Shown here: positions 59,030 to 64,000 of the stretch, piece by piece
How the letters are laid out: each line of letters begins with the position of its first letter
How positions within the stretch are numbered: position 1 is the first letter of the stretch
Translations under genes and position numbers: made by a program
The notes under the pieces: generated by a model
What the model was told of the DNA's origin: nothing
The model's input: the letters and a program-made list of their open reading frames with translations, nothing else
Databases searched by the model: none
Origin: an uncultured Candidatus Saccharibacteria bacterium
GTDB lineage: Bacteria; Patescibacteriota; Saccharimonadia; UBA4664; CAZOQX01
DNA: 64,000 bases
Assembly: GCA_964582465.1 (NCBI GenBank)
Contig: CAZOQX010000001.1
Location: 89,214-153,213 of the forward strand
Direction of reading: 5' to 3'

Positions 59030-59071
59030 GTTCTTATTTTAGCGTAAGCGTTTTGATTAAGCTAATGGACT

Positions 59072-59115
59072 AAAAAGGCTGAGGGCCGCCAACTCGGGTG
59101 AGTTGGCGGCCCTCA
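59072..59115 (-). terminator. Strong terminator of the dnaN cassette
   Basis: Perfect 16-bp inverted repeat TGAGGGCCGCCAACTC/GAGTTGGCGGCCCTCA with T tract on the minus strand. Confidence 0.85.
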
Positions 59116-59131
59116 TGGGCGCTCGGGTGTC

Positions 59132-60238
59132 CTAGCCCACCGGAGCTGGTATGCGGACGGGCATCACGATGTAGGTGAAGTCCGCGCTTTCGCCGCGAAT
59201 GACGCCCGGCTTCAGGCCGTCGCGAACCTGAATGGTCGCCTCATCATCACCAACTGCCAGTAGGCCGTCGGCGAAGTAGCCAGGGTTGAAGGCCACCGTC
59301 ATGTCCTCGCCTTCGTAGGTACCCTCGATGGCCTCGATGGCGTTGCCGAGGTCGGGCGAAGAGGAGGTCAGGCGGACGCCGAGAGCGTTGAATTCGAACC
59401 GCAGCGGGGTGTTCTCACGGGCCAGGATGCCGACTCGGTGCACGGCCGCGAGCAGGTCTCGCCGGTTGACCCTGAGCTGGTTCTCGTAGTGGTCGGGGAG
59501 CAGCTGCCGGTAGTTCGGGAACTGTCCCTCGATCAGGCGGGTGGACATGGTGAAGTCTCCACCCTCGAACCAGGTTTGGCTCGAGCCGAAGTACAGCTTG
59601 ATGTTACTCTTCGCGTCCAGGTCACCCGCCACCCGGCTCATCTCGCCGATGGCGCGGTTGGGAATGATGCAGGAGCTGTTGCTGGCGCCATCGATCGGGA
59701 GCATTCGTACGGCCAGTCGGTAGCTGTCGGTCGCGGCGAAAGCGAGCTCGCTGCCGCTCAGTTCCAGCAGGACGCCAGTCAGGGTTGGCCGGGCTTCGTC
59801 CCTGCTGGCGGCACGGGCTACCTGGGAGACGGCCAGACTGAAGTCGGCGGCCGGTACGGTGAGGATGATCCCGTCTGGTCTCTGCCAGCTCGGGAAGTCC
59901 TCGGACGGCAGCAGCCGTACCACGCCTTCGTAGGCCTGGCACAGGATGCTCGCTTGGCCTCCGTCGGCGGTGAAGGTCACCACCGCCTGGGGCAGTAATT
60001 TGACGATCTCACCGAGCAGCCTGGCCGGGATCAGCGCGACGCCGGCTTCTTCGACCTGTACGGCCAGGTTCAGCCGTGTGCTCACCTCGAGATCGGTGGT
60101 GGTCAGGACCAGCCCTCCGTCCTCGGTCGCTTCGATGTAGACGCCGGTCAGAGCTGGGATGCCGGGGCGATTGGACACGCCCCGTTGCACCGCAGCCAGA
60201 GCCTCGGCCAAGTCGTCGCGGTCTGCGCGGAACTTCAT
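59132..60238 (-). CDS. dnaN: DNA polymerase III beta clamp, orphan high-GC copy
   Basis: TDLE, RP.LTGV, ATDSYRLA, RLIEGQFPNYRQL, FNP.Y..D, MPVR; AGAAGGAGG RBS. Confidence 0.95.
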   Translation of the reverse strand: MKFRADRDDLAEALAAVQRGVSNRPGIPALTGVYIEATEDGGLVLTTTDLEVSTRLNLAVQVEEAGVALIPARLLGEIVKLLPQAVVTFTADGGQASILCQAYEGVVRLLPSEDFPSWQRPDGIILTVPAADFSLAVSQVARAASRDEARPTLTGVLLELSGSELAFAATDSYRLAVRMLPIDGASNSSCIIPNRAIGEMSRVAGDLDAKSNIKLYFGSSQTWFEGGDFTMSTRLIEGQFPNYRQLLPDHYENQLRVNRRDLLAAVHRVGILARENTPLRFEFNALGVRLTSSSPDLGNAIEAIEGTYEGEDMTVAFNPGYFADGLLAVGDDEATIQVRDGLKPGVIRGESADFTYIVMPVRIPAPVG

Positions 60239-60399
60239 GCTGGGCGCCTCCTTCTGGAGTTGTGGGGTACGCACCTCTTAATAACCAACCGTACAATTTC
60301 TATGAGTTACTCGCAAGCATAAGTGTTGAGGTTGGCGTTAATATTCGTCGGAGTGTATAAATGTAAAACGAAGGTGTGAACCTACACAAGTGAGGAGTT

Positions 60400-61503
60400 G
60401 TGGCCAAAACCGAAATCCAGTTCTTTCCGGAACGGCTTACAGTGGTAACGGAGCGTCTCTACGCCAACTACGAGCAGAAGGGCTATCCCTACAACCGTCC
60501 TGATGCCGTGCTGCCACAGGACTTCGTGCCGCCGCGCTTGGTGCGCGGTGGCAGGGAAGAGGCACTTTACTTCTTCTACCTGTGCATTTACATGCGCATG
60601 CAACAGAGTAACGTCGCGGCGCGCAAAATGGCTGAGATCTATGACATGGAGTTGTGGGAATACTCCCACGGTGGCAACATCTTTGAGCCAGCCGATGCCG
60701 CTAGGATGGATCCCGTGCAAGTGGGAGAATTCATGCGTGCCAATGGGCTGGGCCAGTTCTACAAGACCAACCCGGGTTACTGGGTGCAGAATTCGGCCAT
60801 GCTGATGCAAGAATGGGATGGGGACCCTCGTAACATGTTTGCGAACATTCGCACATACGAAGACGCGCTCAAACATGTGCGGAAGTTCCGGGGATTCGAC
60901 AAAAAGATGACCAGCATGATCTTGTATTTCATGATGGATGTTGGTCTGATGGAGCCCTTCATATTTCCAATCCCAGTTGATTTCCATGTTCAACGTATCG
61001 CCGCCGAAACCGATTCGGTGACATGGCCATACGGTGTGCAGCCTGGAATCACGAATGATCGCCTGGGTGATCTTTTGCGGCCGTTCTTCCAGGATTACGC
61101 AGAGGAGCATGGTGTTAGCCCTTTGCGCTTGGCTGATGTGCTGTGGTTACATGGCAGCTTGATGTGCGAGGACAATCCGGGCAACCGTACCCACGCGGGC
61201 GAATACAATGCTCGTTCTACGCATATCCAGCCCCATCACGTTACCTGGAAAAGGGCTGAGGTTGCTTCGTTCATGCGGTCGTGCGCCCAATGCCCGGTGC
61301 GGAAGCTTTGCACCACCAATGTACCCTCAGAGTACAACTCTACGCTGGGAAAAATTGTACGGGATTCACCGCGCGAAGAGCCTCCTTCCGATTGGTATGG
61401 CGCGTTTGAGTCTACGTTCGAACCAAACGTGGCGACCACTCCAAGCGCCCCAAAGGCTACCAAGGTTCAGCCCCCTCCTTCCGATCATCCCACCCTGTTC
61501 TAG
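60400..61503 (+). CDS. HhH-GPD/endonuclease III-like DNA glycosylase homolog with Cys cluster
   Basis: HhH-like FRGFDKKM, PVDFHVQR, LW.HG...C and C..CP....C. Confidence 0.7.
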   Translation: MAKTEIQFFPERLTVVTERLYANYEQKGYPYNRPDAVLPQDFVPPRLVRGGREEALYFFYLCIYMRMQQSNVAARKMAEIYDMELWEYSHGGNIFEPADAARMDPVQVGEFMRANGLGQFYKTNPGYWVQNSAMLMQEWDGDPRNMFANIRTYEDALKHVRKFRGFDKKMTSMILYFMMDVGLMEPFIFPIPVDFHVQRIAAETDSVTWPYGVQPGITNDRLGDLLRPFFQDYAEEHGVSPLRLADVLWLHGSLMCEDNPGNRTHAGEYNARSTHIQPHHVTWKRAEVASFMRSCAQCPVRKLCTTNVPSEYNSTLGKIVRDSPREEPPSDWYGAFESTFEPNVATTPSAPKATKVQPPPSDHPTLF

Positions 61504-61541
61504 CCGCCCCGACTGCCGTGTACGCGATGGTCGGGGCGGTT
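61504..61541 (+). terminator. Terminator-like hairpin
   Basis: CCGCCCCGAC...GTCGGGGCGG-TT. Confidence 0.65.
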
Positions 61542-61619
61542 CTCATTATTATCATTAGCGAAAATGCTTGAGCTAACGAAAGCACGAGCGTAATATTAAA
61601 GTACTTACGGCTACACGAG

Positions 61620-62972
61620 GTGGAAGTAAGTCGCACGTTGAATTCTGACGTGCCCGAGACTATGAAGGGGGTGAATCCCTTGGTGGCTCGTCGCGACGAG
61701 ATGGAGCAGTTGGCGCCGCCCCTCAGGGGGCACCCCGATCTCCACATCGTCAAGTCGATCTCAACATCGGCGCCTCGACGACGGCGCAATTCACTGGTTA
61801 ACCAGAAGCATCGCCGCTTGCCTGTTGCTTGCACCAACGTACTGGCGCAAGAGCGAGAGGCAACCGATCCGGAGCACATTCAGGGCATCGCCAGCAACAT
61901 GGAAGAGCTAGGCATGCTCCAGGATCCGATGGCCATCATTTTCACCGAACGCACGGCACTCGAGCGCTATCTGAAATATTGGAACGCGCTCTACGCCGAT
62001 CGTGAGGTCAGTGAAGGGGTCTTCTGGCATCGTGAAGTGGAAGACTTGGTCGAGTGGACGGGGCACCCCGGCTGCTGGATCATCTTAGTCTTCGGTGAGC
62101 ATCGCTACTCAGCCCGAGTGCTGCAGGGGCGGAAGTGGATCGAAGTCAAGGTCCGCTACAACGTCCGCCCTCGCCGTGGCGCCGACATCCAGGTTTCAGA
62201 AAACAGCGCCAAGATTCCGGCACCGGAAGAGCGCGCCAAGTATCTCGACAAGTGCTGGCGCATGGACCAACTGTTGGCTCACCCGCCCACTCTCAAGACC
62301 TTCGCAAACAAGAAGAAGGTGAGTGAGCAGACCGTTCGCGACGCCATCCGGTACAGCCGGCTCCCCCAGTGGGTGGAGAAGGACCATGTCAAGAAGGGCC
62401 ATATCCGCTACCGGCACGCTGTGGAGATTGCTCGACTTGTTGGCACCGAGCACGACGAGAACCGGATGCATTACTACATCCAGCGCACCATTGTCGGTGG
62501 CTGGAAGCCGGAAGACCTGGCGAAGAAGATCAGTGAGTACCTGAAGAACCTGAAGCAGAACAGCTTCGCAATGATGGTTCAGGACCCGAGCGATGATCGT
62601 CACATCCGTGCCCTCATCGCGCGTCGTGACCTTAGGGCCACTCGCGAGGGATTGCGCTGGGCCAAGGGAGTCACCAAGGCTATCCAAGACGGCACGTTCG
62701 ACAATGTTCTGGTACCGCGAAGCGTCAGCCGTTTCCAGTATGAGCTCGCCGAGCATCTGCTGCAGGCGCTACCGCACTCGCCCAAGGGTCGGGAAGCCAG
62801 CGAGGCCATCAGGCGTGCCATGGACGACTTCCTGGTTCCGCTGCATGCGGAGATCTCGGCGCTGCTTGCCGCCAACCCGGTCGATATCGCCGAGCACGAG
62901 CGGGCTCTCATCGCTGCCGACGACGACGTGGAGAAGATCCACGCCCTCGCCGTCCTCGGAACAACCTCGTAA
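61620..62972 (+). CDS. Divergent ParB/Spo0J-like protein
   Basis: I..IA.N....G.LQ.P, GEHRY.A, QVSEN, HTH-like region then LP..V....G.I....A..I; start uncertain (61620/61662/61701). Confidence 0.7.
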   Translation: MEVSRTLNSDVPETMKGVNPLVARRDEMEQLAPPLRGHPDLHIVKSISTSAPRRRRNSLVNQKHRRLPVACTNVLAQEREATDPEHIQGIASNMEELGMLQDPMAIIFTERTALERYLKYWNALYADREVSEGVFWHREVEDLVEWTGHPGCWIILVFGEHRYSARVLQGRKWIEVKVRYNVRPRRGADIQVSENSAKIPAPEERAKYLDKCWRMDQLLAHPPTLKTFANKKKVSEQTVRDAIRYSRLPQWVEKDHVKKGHIRYRHAVEIARLVGTEHDENRMHYYIQRTIVGGWKPEDLAKKISEYLKNLKQNSFAMMVQDPSDDRHIRALIARRDLRATREGLRWAKGVTKAIQDGTFDNVLVPRSVSRFQYELAEHLLQALPHSPKGREASEAIRRAMDDFLVPLHAEISALLAANPVDIAEHERALIAADDDVEKIHALAVLGTTS

Positions 62973-63062
62973 CGGGGCGTTTTGCCACATCCAGTGGTGA
63001 AGCGCCCCAACGCGTTTTATGCCTAAGTTTGTAATCATCTTTATCTAAGTCAAATTTAAACA

Positions 63063-63087
63063 AAAACTCCGGCGAACCGGAGCTTTT
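63063..63087 (-). terminator. Terminator of the pilin gene
   Basis: CTCCGG-CGAA-CCGGAG flanked by A/T tracts. Confidence 0.75.
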
Positions 63088-63105
63088 GCGTGAAGGACCT
63101 AACTG

Positions 63106-63528
63106 TTATTGAGCTTGGCTTGTAACCTCGTAGGTCGCGGGCGGAACGTTGATCTGTTTGTCGCTGGTGTTCTCCAGCGTCGCGTCTAGCTTGTAGCTAG
63201 TACAGTCGGTTCCGGTACAACCGGCGGGGGTGTAAACGTAGCTTTGACCGCTCTTCGGGTCGCTGGGCATAGCCTTAATGTACTTTGGTGTCAAAGTACT
63301 AGAGAGGCCAGCGTAGTCACCGGATGGGTAGGCCTCGTTATCAGCGTGATACGCTTCCAACGCGGTCTGGGTCTGGCGCAGGTCATTCTTACGCTGAGCG
63401 TCACGAGCCCGTTGCGGGCCGGAAGCTAGATTGGGAACGATCAAGACGGCCAAAATACCGATGATCACAATGACGACCAGAAGCTCGAGCAGCGTAAAAC
63501 CGCCTTGCTTCTTGAGTGCTCTAAGCAT
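63106..63528 (-). CDS. Major type IV pilin / GspG-like pseudopilin
   Basis: GG/FTLLELLVVIVIIGILA, RD..RK.DL, DP, C-terminal Cys pair; AAGGAGGT RBS. Confidence 0.92.
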   Translation of the reverse strand: MLRALKKQGGFTLLELLVVIVIIGILAVLIVPNLASGPQRARDAQRKNDLRQTQTALEAYHADNEAYPSGDYAGLSSTLTPKYIKAMPSDPKSGQSYVYTPAGCTGTDCTSYKLDATLENTSDKQINVPPATYEVTSQAQ

Positions 63529-63604
63529 ATGAGTGCTTACCTCCTTAATTATTTGGTAGTAGTGTCCTACTTGACCCCAGTATAAAGTGGTTATGCTTCC
63601 TCTG

Positions 63605-64000
63605 TCAAATGGCGTTTGTGAGTTGGGATAGCGGACCGAAAATACTGACCACAAGCAGGCCGACCATGCCGCCCAAAACTACAATTAAAATTGGTTCAAT
63701 AACGGAAGTAAGATTAGACACCACGTTATCAACCTCCTTTTCGTAAAAGTCGGCCAGCTTAAACAAAATGGCGTCGAGTTGGCCGGTTTCTTCGCCTACG
63801 GCCATCATTTGGGCCACAATCGGCGGAAAATCTTTGAATTGCTTAATCTCTTGCGACAACGGTTTGCCGGCTTTGACACCTTCGGCCACAGTAGTGAGAG
63901 CGTTTTGATAAACGGTGTTCGAAAGTGACGTGCGGGTCGAGTTGAGGGCGTCCAGTACACCCAGCCCAGATGACATCAAAGAGCCGAAAATTCGGGCGAA
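63605..64000 (-). CDS. pilC: Type IV pilus platform protein PilC (C-terminal part)
   Basis: GEETGQLD..L.KLADFYEKEVD and IEP motifs; truncated by the window end. Confidence 0.93.
   Translation of the reverse strand, partial: FARIFGSLMSSGLGVLDALNSTRTSLSNTVYQNALTTVAEGVKAGKPLSQEIKQFKDFPPIVAQMMAVGEETGQLDAILFKLADFYEKEVDNVVSNLTSVIEPILIVVLGGMVGLLVVSIFGPLSQLTNAI

Overview
This window looks like a compact chromosome segment (about 50% GC by eye) from a Patescibacteria/CPR bacterium, most likely Saccharibacteria (TM7). That assignment is inferred from gene style and order and was not searched. The backbone carries an ABC-2 exporter, four tRNAs (one is the rare tRNA-Ile UAU), ftsB-like, ftsH, murJ, lepA, a CIRCE-controlled hrcA-grpE-dnaK-cutA-dnaJ operon, comEC, yebC-ruvC-(sugar enzymes)-ruvAB and a type IV pilus locus. 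Two features stand out. (1) An 18.7 kb block between murJ and lepA: a minimal tatAC pair faces an operon whose first gene has a variant twin-arginine signal (SRKDFL). It is followed by six stop/start-overlapping paralogous 703-1134 aa G/S/T/N-rich proteins with no signal peptide, swappable lectin-like inserts and a shared Arg-periodic C-terminal tail ending RTGAS. This is the best candidate for an undescribed export/adhesin system. (2) About nine scattered self-contained cassettes that are GC-rich in their codons and mostly carry a strong Shine-Dalgarno, hairpins and an AT-rich promoter. They include an orphan dnaN and contrast with the apparently leaderless backbone genes. All family assignments come from motif recognition only.
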